From an uncultured Acidobacteriota bacterium (lineage in GTDB: Bacteria > Acidobacteriota > Vicinamibacteria > Vicinamibacterales > UBA2999): DNA of 64,000 nucleotides. Shown one piece after another: positions 11,633-21,352 of the stretch. The DNA lies in contig CAWAYR010000022.1 of NCBI GenBank assembly GCA_963786365.1, positions 453,435 through 517,434 of the forward strand. The letters run 5' to 3'. Positions within the stretch are counted from its first letter, which is position 1; every line of letters begins with the position of its first letter. Under the pieces are notes generated by a model, which searched no databases, was not told where the DNA came from, and saw only the letters and a program-made list of their open reading frames with translations. A program made the translations under genes and the position numbers.

Positions 11633-12824
11633 ATGAGCATCTGCAGACTCGTCCTCGTGGCGGCGGTGGTGGCGGGGAGCGCGACGGCGCTCTCCGCCCA
11701 GCCGCGACTGCCCGAATCCACGGCCGCCGCGACGATGGAATCGCCGGCCGAGCGCAAGATGGCGATCGCGAAGAAGAAGATCGACCGCGACCCCAAGGCG
11801 TACCACGGTTACAACGAGCTGGCGCTGGCCCTGACCCAGCGCGCCCGCGAAACCGCCGATCCGGTGTTCTACCAGCAGGCCGACGAAGCCGTGCGCACGT
11901 CGCTGACGCTCGCGCCCGATAACTTCGAAGCGCTCAAGGTGCGGACCTGGTCCCTGCTCGGCCAGCACCGCTTCGCCGAGGCGCTCGCCCTGGCGACCAC
12001 GCTCAACACGAAGGTGCCCGACGACCTGATGGTCTACGGCATGCTGACCGACGCCAACATCGAGCTCGGCAAGTACGACGACGCCGAGAAGTCGGCGCAG
12101 TGGATGCTCGACCTGCGGCCCGGCAACATCCCGGCCCTGACCCGCGCCGCCTACCTGCGCGAGTTGTTCGGCGACATCGAAGGGGCGCTCGAGTTGATGA
12201 CGGCGGCCTTCGGCCGCATGCCGTACCAGGAGAGCGAGGACCGGGCCTGGGTCCTCACCCAGATCGGCCACCTCGAGCTGGTGCGGCAACGCTCCGCCGA
12301 GGCCGAGCGGGCGCTCGAGCAGGCGCTGGACCTGTTCCCCGACTACCACTACGCGCTGGGCAGCCTGGCCGAGGTGCGGACGTCGCAGAAGCGGTACCGC
12401 GAGGCCGCCGACCTGCAACGGCGGCGCTACGCGTGTCGCGCCGCATCCCGAGAACCTCTACGAGCTGGCCGAGGCGCAGGCGAGAGCCGGCATGACCACC
12501 GAGGCGGCGCAGAGCTACGCGCAGTTCGAGGCCGGAGCCCGACGTGAAATGAGCAGCCAGGACAACGCCAACCGCGAGCTGATCAGTTACCTGGTCGGGG
12601 CGGGCAAGAGGCCAGCGGAAGGCCTGGCGCTGGCCCAGCAGGAGATCGCCCGCCGCCAGGATGTCTACACCCGCGAAGCCTATGCCTGGGCGCTGTTCAA
12701 GAACGGCAAGCGGGCCGAGGCGCGCAAGGAGATCGCCGCGGTGCTGGCCGTGGGCGTGCAGCATCCGCGGGTGCTGGAGCGGGCGGCGCTGATCCAGCGA
12801 CGGCCTATCGCGGCCACGCGCTAG
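11633..12824 (+). pseudogene. TPR-repeat protein with signal peptide, frame break near 12430
   Basis: ORFs 11633..12547 and 12492..12824 join. Repeated A/L/Y-rich 34-residue helical units are present. It lies immediately downstream of DUF4331. Confidence 0.7.
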
Positions 12825-12890
12825 AATCCAAGGGATACGGGTCGGTTCGTGCGCCTGGCTCGCAAGCGAACGACTCGGCTCGTCATTCCG

Positions 12891-13812
12891 ACGCCATGCG
12901 CCGGCAGTCCGGCAACCGGAACCACTCCGGCGTGAACCCTCTATCGTGGCGTCGGATCAAGTGCGCATAGTTCCGGAAATTGACAACGAAGTCGCCCTGG
13001 GACGACCGCGCCACCGTGAGCGGGTCCTCGGAAAATACGTCTCTAGAATCTGCGTAACCTGGTCTTTGCTTACTTCCAGTAGCTCGCTCCGCGAGGCGAT
13101 GAGCAGCCGGTCAGGGCGCGATGTGCAGCCTCGCCGAAGGTTGGGCCGACACGCGGTATAGAAGACCGGACCATCCAGCCGTACATCGGGTGGCGCGACA
13201 GCGTCAGGACCACACCGCGGTTCGGGATAGCCGCTGCCCGAGAGCGCCACAACCTCCTGAGCCCATCGACTCGAGAAATCGGATGTTTCCTGGCCAGAGC
13301 AGTCGGCCGTCGCCGGGCGTCGCCGGAAACCACCACAGCGACCCACCATGCTGCCCGCCGTCGAAGCCGACGAGCCAGCCCAGCGACGTTCGAACTACGA
13401 GGCGCCGTGCAGCCCTCGCGGCGGTCCGGGTTCGGCGCCTCGTGTCGTCGTCTAGTGGCGCAGGAGCAGTGGCATTGTACGGGGCGCGCCGCACTTCCGG
13501 GCGCCCGGGGTCGACGAGTGGCGGTGGTAACAACACGCCAGAGAGATCCAGCTGGTACGGCATCCGGTCACGGCGGACACGCTCGAAACGGCGTCTCGTG
13601 CGCACCACGGCATCATGGACGAACGTCAATTCCCATTGGGACGCACTCTGCGCATCGCAACCGGCTGGGTCGCGAATCGGAGGGCCGAACTCCCCGAGTG
13701 ACCACTCGGGAGTCAGCGGCACGGTGGCCCGACAGGCCGACACAGCGGCTGCGACGATCGCGAAGAACAGAAGGGCTGGCAGTTGCCGCAGACGTCACAC
13801 CGACGGCACTCA
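12891..13812 (-). pseudogene. Hypothetical lipoprotein gene, badly fragmented (at least 4 frame breaks), in a lower-GC spacer
   Basis: 'MSAVGV..' then 'RLRQLPALLFFAIVAAAVSAC' (lipobox VSAC), 'SLGWLVGFDGGQHGGSLWWFPATPGDGRLLWPGN', and a tail 'VFSEDPLTVARSSQGDFVVNFRNYAHLIRRHDRGFTPEWF' in a third frame. Reconstruction is uncertain. Confidence 0.3.
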
Positions 13813-13941
13813 TTGCACGCCCCTTTGTCACGATGTCGAGATTCTGCTACGCCGCGGCGGCACGACGCCACCGGCGATCAGCGACCCGAGCATGATAGGT
13901 TGAGGGATTGAAGTTCGACCCCGTTCTCAGGAGGTCGTCCC

Positions 13942-14805
<864 letters not shown>

Positions 14806-14816
14806 CCCGGAGTGCC

Positions 14817-15251
14817 GTGCCCGAGTACCCCGAGAAGCTGCAGACGCTGCTCGACGTCTTCGCCGGCGTGACCGACACGCACGAGCGGACGCAGCTGCTG
14901 CTCGACTACGCCAAGCGGTTCAAGGAGGTGCCGGCGGCGGTGGCGACGCGCCCGTTCGCCACGAACCACCTCGTGCCGCACTGCGAGTCGGAGGCCTACG
15001 TCTGGGTCGTCGCCAACGCCGACGGCACGCTGGCGCTGCACTTCGCGGTCGAGAACCCGTCGGGCATCTCGGCCAAGGCGCTCGCCGCCATCCTGCAGAA
15101 GACGCTCTCGGGGCTGCCGGCCGCCGACGTGGCCCGCGTCGACCCCGAGATCGTCGAGCGGTTGTTCCGCCAGAACATCTCCATGGGCAAGGGCATGGGC
15201 CTCATGTCGATGGTGGCGGCGGTGCAGGCGCTGGCCAGGCGCCTGGCCTGA
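14817..15251 (+). CDS. sufE: SufE-like cysteine desulfuration/sulfur-acceptor protein
   Basis: GTG start 9 nt after the rhodanese stop. 'LLLDYAKRFKEVP...NHLVPHCESEAYVWV...QNISMGKGMGLMSMV' carries the conserved Cys loop. Confidence 0.8.
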   Translation: MPEYPEKLQTLLDVFAGVTDTHERTQLLLDYAKRFKEVPAAVATRPFATNHLVPHCESEAYVWVVANADGTLALHFAVENPSGISAKALAAILQKTLSGLPAADVARVDPEIVERLFRQNISMGKGMGLMSMVAAVQALARRLA

Positions 15252-15264
15252 GCCGCGCCGGTCG

Positions 15265-17334
15265 CTAGTTCTTGAGGCCGAGCCGGGTCAACTGCCCGCA
15301 GTAGTTGCGCGTCATCTTGAACTGGAACATGCCGTCGTTGGTCGCCGGGGCGCCCACGCTCTGCGTCGCCGAGAGCTGCTGCTCGAGCGCGGAGGGATCC
15401 GAGGCCGACACTTCCTGGCCCATCGGATTGGTGTAGTAGGTGGTGCGGCCGCCGACGTGATTCTGCCAGTGGCCCGGCTGCGCGTAACTCTCGCGCTGGC
15501 AGCCGCGGAACCAGCTCCAGTCGGTGTTGTAGACCTTCGATGAAGCCATCCGCGGATCCCAGGCGTAGACCAGCTCGGAGGGGTTGTTCGGATTGCGGAC
15601 GGTGATCGGGTCGAATACCGCCGGCGTCGCGAACGACCGGTAGACCTCGCGGCCCTGGAACCTCACGACCTGGGTCGTGCCCCAGATCTCGTAGGCACTC
15701 GTCAGCGGACAGGGCGAGTTCAACTGCACCACGTCCTTGGTCGGCGTCTCGGCACGGGGATCGCAAACGTTGGCCGACCCGCCGGTGTCCATCATCAGCT
15801 GCGTGAACGCCTTGAGGCCGAACTCGGGATGGATCAGGCGAATCTCGGCCGAGTGGTGCTGCATCGCGAACCGCTTCGGCCCGCCGGTGCCCATGTGGAA
15901 CACCGAGCGCGAGTAGACGCGGTTGATCCGGCCTTCGTCGTTCTGGTCGCCGGGATTGGCGATGAACACCTTGAACCCTTCATGCGGCTCGTCGTGGCCG
16001 TTGGGCTCGTCAGGCATCGGGTGCCGCCGGCCGATGTAGCCGAACTTCGGCGGCACGGCCGAAATCTCGGCATTGCCCGACAGCGCCGGGTTGTCGCCGT
16101 GCTCGTGGGCGTAGATGCAGCCCGAGGGATCGACCTGCGGGTGCCAGGTGCGGTAGCGGTAGCCGTCGCCGCCATCGACGCTCCACGCGTCGTGCGTTGC
16201 GGCGCTGCAGTTGCCGAGGATCACCGGGTCGACGCTCCCGAAGATAGGGGGACCTGAAGGCGGCGGCGGCGGCGGCGGCGGTGGCGGCGGCGGTGGCGGC
16301 GGCGGCGGCGGCGGCGGAGTAGGAGGCGGCGGCGTCGCAGCGCCGGCCACGGTCACCGTGACGTGACGATAGCTCGTGACGTCGTCCGGGAAACGGCCGT
16401 CGGCCTGGTTGAAGGTGATGAGGTAAAGGGTCGTCGTCGTCGGTGTCACCGGCCACGAGCGCGTACTGGCCGGCACGCGGCCGACTCCTGGCTCAATCGT
16501 GATCGTCCTCGGGTCGGCACCGCCGCTGGTGGTCCAACGCAACGTCGCGGTCTGGCCGACGCCGATGCTCGACGGGTCCATCGTGGCGTTGGCGATGATC
16601 ACGGTGTTCGACGTCGGCGTCGGAGTGGGCGTCGGGGTCGGGTGGCGTCGGGGTCGGCGTTGGGGTCGGGATCGGCGTTGGGGCGGGGTCGGGGTCGGAC
16701 CGCCGCCGCCGACGTAGAGCACCGCTTCGCCCGACGGCGCGCTGGAGCCGCAGGCATTCTGGGCGCGGACACGGACGTAGTAAGTGCCCGCCGGCGCCGA
16801 CGCGAGCAGGCTCGGGGCACCCAGCGGCACCATTGCCAGGTTCGCGGCGCCTGGCGCCGACCCGGCCTCGAGCACGTAGCCGGTGGCCCCGGACGACGGC
16901 TGCCAGGCCAGGGCCACGGTGGTCCCGCTGACCTGCGTCACCAATCCGACGGGCACCGTCGGCGCCGTGACGCATCCAACGCGCACCGCGATCTCGTTCG
17001 ACGGCGCGCTCACGCCGGCGGCGTTCGCGGCTCGCACCCGCACCCAGTACAGACCGTTGCGCACGTTGGCAGCGACGACGCCGGGCGACTGCACGACGGA
17101 GACGACCAGATCGCTCGCACCCGGGGCGCTGCCGACCTCGATCTGGTAGAGGATCGGCGTGAGGGTACCGGCACCCGGCGACCATGCCAGGGTGACGGTC
17201 GAGCCCTGCACCGCGCTGGCGAGACCTGTGGGTGTGGGCGGTGCGCTCTGCGCCAACACGGCCGGCCCCACCACGGCAATTGCCACCGCGGCCAAGCTGC
17301 CCAGGGCGGCGCGGCGATAACGGTCAACGAACAT
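15265..17334 (-). CDS. Secreted FN3-repeat protein with PT and poly-Pro linkers, an Ig-like insert and an unrecognised ~330-aa His/Cys-rich C-terminal domain (paralogue A)
   Basis: Signal peptide 'MFVDRYRRAALGSLAAVAIAVVGPAVLAQS'. Two FN3-like units ('GLYWVRVRAANAAGVSAPSNE', 'GTYYVRVRAQNACGSSAPSGE'). C-domain 'IFGSVDPVILGNCSAATHDAW...YAHEHGDNP...FHMGTGGPKRF..HHSAEIRLIHP...NYCGQLTRLGLKN'. Confidence 0.8.
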   Translation of the reverse strand: MFVDRYRRAALGSLAAVAIAVVGPAVLAQSAPPTPTGLASAVQGSTVTLAWSPGAGTLTPILYQIEVGSAPGASDLVVSVVQSPGVVAANVRNGLYWVRVRAANAAGVSAPSNEIAVRVGCVTAPTVPVGLVTQVSGTTVALAWQPSSGATGYVLEAGSAPGAANLAMVPLGAPSLLASAPAGTYYVRVRAQNACGSSAPSGEAVLYVGGGGPTPTPPQRRSRPQRRPRRHPTPTPTPTPTSNTVIIANATMDPSSIGVGQTATLRWTTSGGADPRTITIEPGVGRVPASTRSWPVTPTTTTLYLITFNQADGRFPDDVTSYRHVTVTVAGAATPPPPTPPPPPPPPPPPPPPPPPPPPSGPPIFGSVDPVILGNCSAATHDAWSVDGGDGYRYRTWHPQVDPSGCIYAHEHGDNPALSGNAEISAVPPKFGYIGRRHPMPDEPNGHDEPHEGFKVFIANPGDQNDEGRINRVYSRSVFHMGTGGPKRFAMQHHSAEIRLIHPEFGLKAFTQLMMDTGGSANVCDPRAETPTKDVVQLNSPCPLTSAYEIWGTTQVVRFQGREVYRSFATPAVFDPITVRNPNNPSELVYAWDPRMASSKVYNTDWSWFRGCQRESYAQPGHWQNHVGGRTTYYTNPMGQEVSASDPSALEQQLSATQSVGAPATNDGMFQFKMTRNYCGQLTRLGLKN
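16259..16317. repeat. (GGC)n trinucleotide microsatellite encoding a run of over 20 prolines in paralogue A
   Basis: 'ggcggcggcggcggcggcggcggtggcggcggcggtggcggcggcggcggcggcggcgg'. It translates on the minus strand as PPPPPPPPPPPPPPPPPPPPP. Confidence 0.9.
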
Positions 17335-17599
17335 CAGCACACCCCCAACCGTGCGCTGCCGTGCAGAACACGTTGCAAAACTGGAAACCGGGCAGCGAAG
17401 GCACTCGCGCCCAGCGTGGTCACGCGCCGCGGCTGCAATTCACAGACCCCTCCTGGCGGTCACCCTGAACGCGACCAGGAGCGACATCCGACTCGACGGG
17501 TCAGGCACGAAAACTGTACGGACGCTGACAAACGTGCGTACCGTTTTTCAATTTCGTAATCGGGAACGATGGCGCGGGGGATCGGTCGACAAAGCGAAC

Positions 17600-17625
17600 A
17601 ACCCCGGGCACGTTCGCCCGGGGTT
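17600..17625 (-). terminator. Stem-loop downstream of paralogue B (candidate intrinsic terminator)
   Basis: Perfect 10-bp stem AACCCCGGGC / GCCCGGGGTT with a 6-nt loop, about 75 nt after the stop at 17700. The T-tract on the minus strand is weak ('gttcgctttgtc'). Confidence 0.45.
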
Positions 17626-17699
17626 GTGAAATCACGTGCAGAGTTGTGTGACGACCAGCGACGCGACGCAGACCTCGTTGGGTCAGCGCGGCGTCCGCC

Positions 17700-19346
17700 C
17701 TAGTTCTTGAGGCCGAGCCGGTTCAGCTGCCCGCAGTAGTTGCGCGTCATCTTGAACTGGAACATGCCGTCGTTGGTCGCCGGAGCGCCGACGCTCTGCG
17801 ACGCGGAGATCTGCTGCGCCAGGGCGTACTGATGCGTCTGCGCCACCTCGTTGCCCATCGGGTCGGTGTAGTAGGTGGTGCGGCCGCCGACGTTGTTCTG
17901 CCAGTAGCCGGGCTGCGCGTAGCTCTCGCGCTGGCAACCGCGGAACGAGCTCCAGTCGACGTTGTAGACCTTCGACGCCGCCATCCGCGGATCCCAGGCA
18001 TAGACCAGCTCGGCGGGGTTGTTCGGATTGCGGACGGTGATCGGGTCGAATACCGCCGGCGTCGCGAACGACCGGTAGACCTCGCGGCCCTGGAACCTCA
18101 CGACCTGGGTCGTGCCCCAGATCTCGTAGGCACTCGTCAGCGCGCAGGGCGAGTAGAGCTGGACGACGTCCTTGGTCGGCGCGTTGACGCGCGGATCGCA
18201 GACCGTTGCCGATCCGCCGGTGTCCATCATCAGCTGCGTGAACGCCTTGAGGCCGAAGTCGGGATGGATCAGGCGAATCTCGGCCGAGTGGTGCTGCATC
18301 GTGAACCGCTTCGGCCCGCCGGTGCCCATGTGGAACACCGAGCGCGAGTAGACGCGGTTGACCCGGCCCTCGTTGTTCTGATCGCCGGGATTGGCGATGA
18401 ACACCTTGAAGCCTTCATGCGGCTCGTCGTGGCCGTTGGGCTCGGCGGCATTCGGGTGACGCCGGCCGATGTAGCCGAACTTCGGCGGCACCGACTTGAT
18501 CTCGGCGTTGCCCGACAGCGCCGGGTTGTCGCCGTGCTCGTGGGCGTAGATGCAGCCCGAGGGATCGACCTGCGGGTGCCAGGTGCGGTAGCGGTAGCCG
18601 TCGCCGCCGTCGACGCTCCACGCATCGTGCGTCGCGCCGCTGCAGTTGCCGAGGATCACCGGGTCGACGCTGCCGAAGATATTGCCGGTCGGCGGAATCG
18701 GGCCGGCGGCGCCGACGGTGAGCAACCTTTCACTCGACGGCGCACTCGCACCGCAGGTGTTCGCGGCGCGCACCCGCACGAAGTAGGTGCCGTTTGGCAC
18801 CGTCGTCACCAGGCTGGTCGTGCCGATAGGGGCCTGGGCCAGGTCGGCCAGGCCCGACTGGGAACCGGCCTCGATGATGTAGCCCACTGCGCCAGCCGAC
18901 GCCTGCCACGCCAAGGTCACGGTGTTGCCGCTCACCTGCGTGACGAAGCCGGTGGGCGCGGCCGGCGGGCCGGAGCAGCCCACGGTGACCGAGACCTCAT
19001 TGGAGGGGTTGCTCACGCCCGCGCTGTTGGCGGCCCGGACCCTGATGAAGTAGCGCCCGTTGGCCGTGTTCGGAGCCACGACGCTCGTCGTCGACCAGGC
19101 CGCCTGCACCAGGTTGCTGGCGCCCGGGGTGCTGCCCACTTCCAGGACGTAGACGCTCGGGAGAGGCCCCGAGCCGGGTGACCAGGAGAGCGAGACCGTG
19201 GTGCCGCTCACATTGCCCGTGAGGTTGACTGGGGGCTGCGGCGCCGACTGCGCCACGAGCACCAACGGCATGGTCACGCACGCGATGAGAATGAGGATTG
19301 GAGCTACGGAGCCAAGGCGGGCACGGTGCAAAACTTCATGGAACAT
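17700..19346 (-). CDS. Secreted FN3-repeat protein with the same His/Cys-rich C-terminal domain (paralogue B)
   Basis: Intact ORF. Signal 'MFHEVLHRARLGSVAPILILIACVTMPLVLVAQS', two FN3-like units, and a C-domain about 90% identical to paralogue A. Confidence 0.8.
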   Translation of the reverse strand: MFHEVLHRARLGSVAPILILIACVTMPLVLVAQSAPQPPVNLTGNVSGTTVSLSWSPGSGPLPSVYVLEVGSTPGASNLVQAAWSTTSVVAPNTANGRYFIRVRAANSAGVSNPSNEVSVTVGCSGPPAAPTGFVTQVSGNTVTLAWQASAGAVGYIIEAGSQSGLADLAQAPIGTTSLVTTVPNGTYFVRVRAANTCGASAPSSERLLTVGAAGPIPPTGNIFGSVDPVILGNCSGATHDAWSVDGGDGYRYRTWHPQVDPSGCIYAHEHGDNPALSGNAEIKSVPPKFGYIGRRHPNAAEPNGHDEPHEGFKVFIANPGDQNNEGRVNRVYSRSVFHMGTGGPKRFTMQHHSAEIRLIHPDFGLKAFTQLMMDTGGSATVCDPRVNAPTKDVVQLYSPCALTSAYEIWGTTQVVRFQGREVYRSFATPAVFDPITVRNPNNPAELVYAWDPRMAASKVYNVDWSSFRGCQRESYAQPGYWQNNVGGRTTYYTDPMGNEVAQTHQYALAQQISASQSVGAPATNDGMFQFKMTRNYCGQLNRLGLKN

Positions 19347-19707
19347 CAACTAGACCCCCACCGCCGACTGCTCGAGGCAGACGGACGCGAGAACGACCTG
19401 ACGCTCGGGGAGACTCGCGCCGGGACCACGTGTTTCATATGTCGAGGCCGCCGGACTGCAATTACCAGGCCGGGGTTTTGAGGGCACTGCAGGCTGGATG
19501 AAAGTCAGTGCCAGTGGTGATTACACCGGGCACGAAATCTCTCGTTGGCCAGACATCACTTGTGAATGGCCGTGCAGCAGTGTGGAGCTGTGTAGAGAAA
19601 CCGCGCGACGTCGCGGCATTGTGGGCAGCGGCCGCGGGGCCGGGGTGTAGAAACTGCCGGGCGGTGTAGGGACGGGCTACACCTCGCAGCCCGCCCCTAC
19701 GGCACGT

Positions 19708-21352
19708 TCAGTTCTTGAGGCCGAGACGCGCGCGCTGCTGGCAGAACCCGCGCCGCATCTTGAACTGGATGAGGCCATCGGTCGTGGCCGGAGCGCCGAC
19801 GCTGTTGGACTGCGAGATCTCCTGTCGGAGCGCCTGCGGATCGCTCGCCGCCTTCGGTTGTCCCATGGCGTCGGTGTAGTACGCCGCCTGGCCGCCGCCG
19901 TTGAACCAGATAGCCCGGCTGCGCGTAGCTCTCGCGATCGCAGCCGCGGTTGCTCGACCAGTCGTCGCCGGGGAAGTTCTTGATGGCGCTGACCCGCGGG
20001 TCCCAGGCGTAGACGAGCTCGGTCGGGTTGGCCGGATTGAAGACCGTGATCGGGTCGAAGACCGCCGGCGTCGCAAACGCCCGGTAGACCTCGCGGCCGT
20101 TGGCCATCACCGACGCCGTCGTGCTCCAGATCTCATAGCCGCTGTTGAGCCGGCACGGCGAGTTCAACTGCATCACGTCCTTCACCGGGGCCGGCCGGCG
20201 CGGGTCGCAGACGGCTCCGACGCCGCCGGTGTTCATCATCAGCTGGGTGAACGCCTTCAGCCCGAACTCGGGGTGCACGAGGCGGATTTCGGCTGAGTGG
20301 TGCGGCATGTTGAAGCGCTTCGGACCGCCGGTGCCCATGTGGAACACCGAGCGGGAGAAGACCCGGTTGACCCGCCCCTCGTCGTTGGCGTCGCCGCGGT
20401 TGGCGATGAACACCTTGAAGCCCTCGTGGGCCTCCTCGTGGCCGTTGGGCTCGCCCGGCATCGGGTGGCGGCGGCCGATGTAACCGAATCGCACCGGCGA
20501 GGCGGCGATGGTCGGCTCCTGGACGAGCGCCGGGTTGTCGCCGTGCTCGTGGGCATAGACGCACCCGGACGGATCGGTCTGCGGATGCCAGGTGCGGTAA
20601 CGGTAGCCGTCGCCGCCGTCGACCACCCAGCGGTCATGCGTAGCGGCGCTGCAGGTCCCGAGGACGACCGGGTCGACGACGCCGAAGATCGAGCCGCTGC
20701 CCGCCGGCGTGGGCCCGGCGCTGACGGCGACCGTCACCTCGTTCGAGGGGGCGCTGCTGCCGCACTTGTTGGTGGCCCGCACCCGGGCGAAGTAGGTGCC
20801 CGCCGGCGCCGTGGTCGCCAGGCTGTTGGTCGTCACCGGCACCGAGCCGATGTTGGAGAGGCCCGGACCGGTGCCGGCGTCGAGCACGTAGCCGGTCGCG
20901 CCGCTCGACTTCTGCCAGCTGAGCGCGACGTTGGTCCCGCTCACGTGCGCCGTCAGCCCGGTGGGCGCCGGCGGCGCATTCCTGCAGCCGACCCGCACCG
21001 TCAGCTCGTTGGACGGTGCGCTGACGCCGCCGGCATTGCCGGCCCGCACGCGCACGTAGTAGGTGCCGTCGGGCACGTTGGTGGCCAGCGCGCTGGTCGT
21101 GCCCAGCCGCGTCACGACCAGGTCGGCCGCTCCGGCGCGGCTCCCGGCCTCGAGCTGATACAGCACTGCGCCGGGCGCGCTCCGCCAGGACAGGGTCACG
21201 TTCGAGCCGGCGACGGCGGCAGTGAGATTGATGGGGGCGAGGGGCGCCGCCGGGGCGGCGATCAGGCGCGACCAGCCGCCGACACAGACGGCGGCACCGA
21301 GAACGACCAACGCCACCGTGGGCGCCGTGCGGGACACGTAGGACACGAACAT
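19708..21352 (-). pseudogene. Secreted FN3-repeat / His-Cys-rich domain protein (paralogue C), frame break near 19910
   Basis: ATG at 21352 preceded by GGAGG. ORF 19697..21556 carries the FN3 units and most of the C-domain. The last ~65 aa ('WFNGGGQAAYYTDAMGQ...FKMRRGFCQQRARLGLKN') are in ORF 19708..20076. Confidence 0.75.

Noticed and set aside
12825-13941. Lower-GC spacer as an insertion sequence or integrated mobile element
   Set aside because: I could reconstruct no transposase, integrase or recombinase reading frame, and saw no convincing terminal inverted repeats or target duplications. Only an 8-nt string recurs.
16090-16130. 'HEHGD' in the paralogue C-domain as a HEXXH zinc-metalloprotease motif
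   Set aside because: The second His is at position +2, not +4 (H-E-H-G-D), so it does not fit HEXXH. A metal site is still possible, but not as a zincin.
16259-16317. Tandem GGC repeat as a possible non-coding array or CRISPR-like feature
   Set aside because: The period is 3 nt with no spacers, and it lies inside an ORF where it encodes poly-Pro. No CRISPR-like repeat-spacer architecture occurs anywhere in the window.
17341-17699. Sigma-54 promoter (GG-N10-GC) in 'cccggtttccagttttgcaac' upstream of paralogue A
   Set aside because: The spacing between GG and GC is 11 nt rather than 10. The TGGCAC/TTGCA consensus is poorly matched, and the element is not shared by the B and C leaders.
15265-21352. 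Diversity-generating retroelement (template/variable repeat) explanation for the paralogue differences
   Set aside because: No reverse transcriptase gene is present in the window. Differences between copies are not confined to a short C-terminal block and are not adenine-specific.
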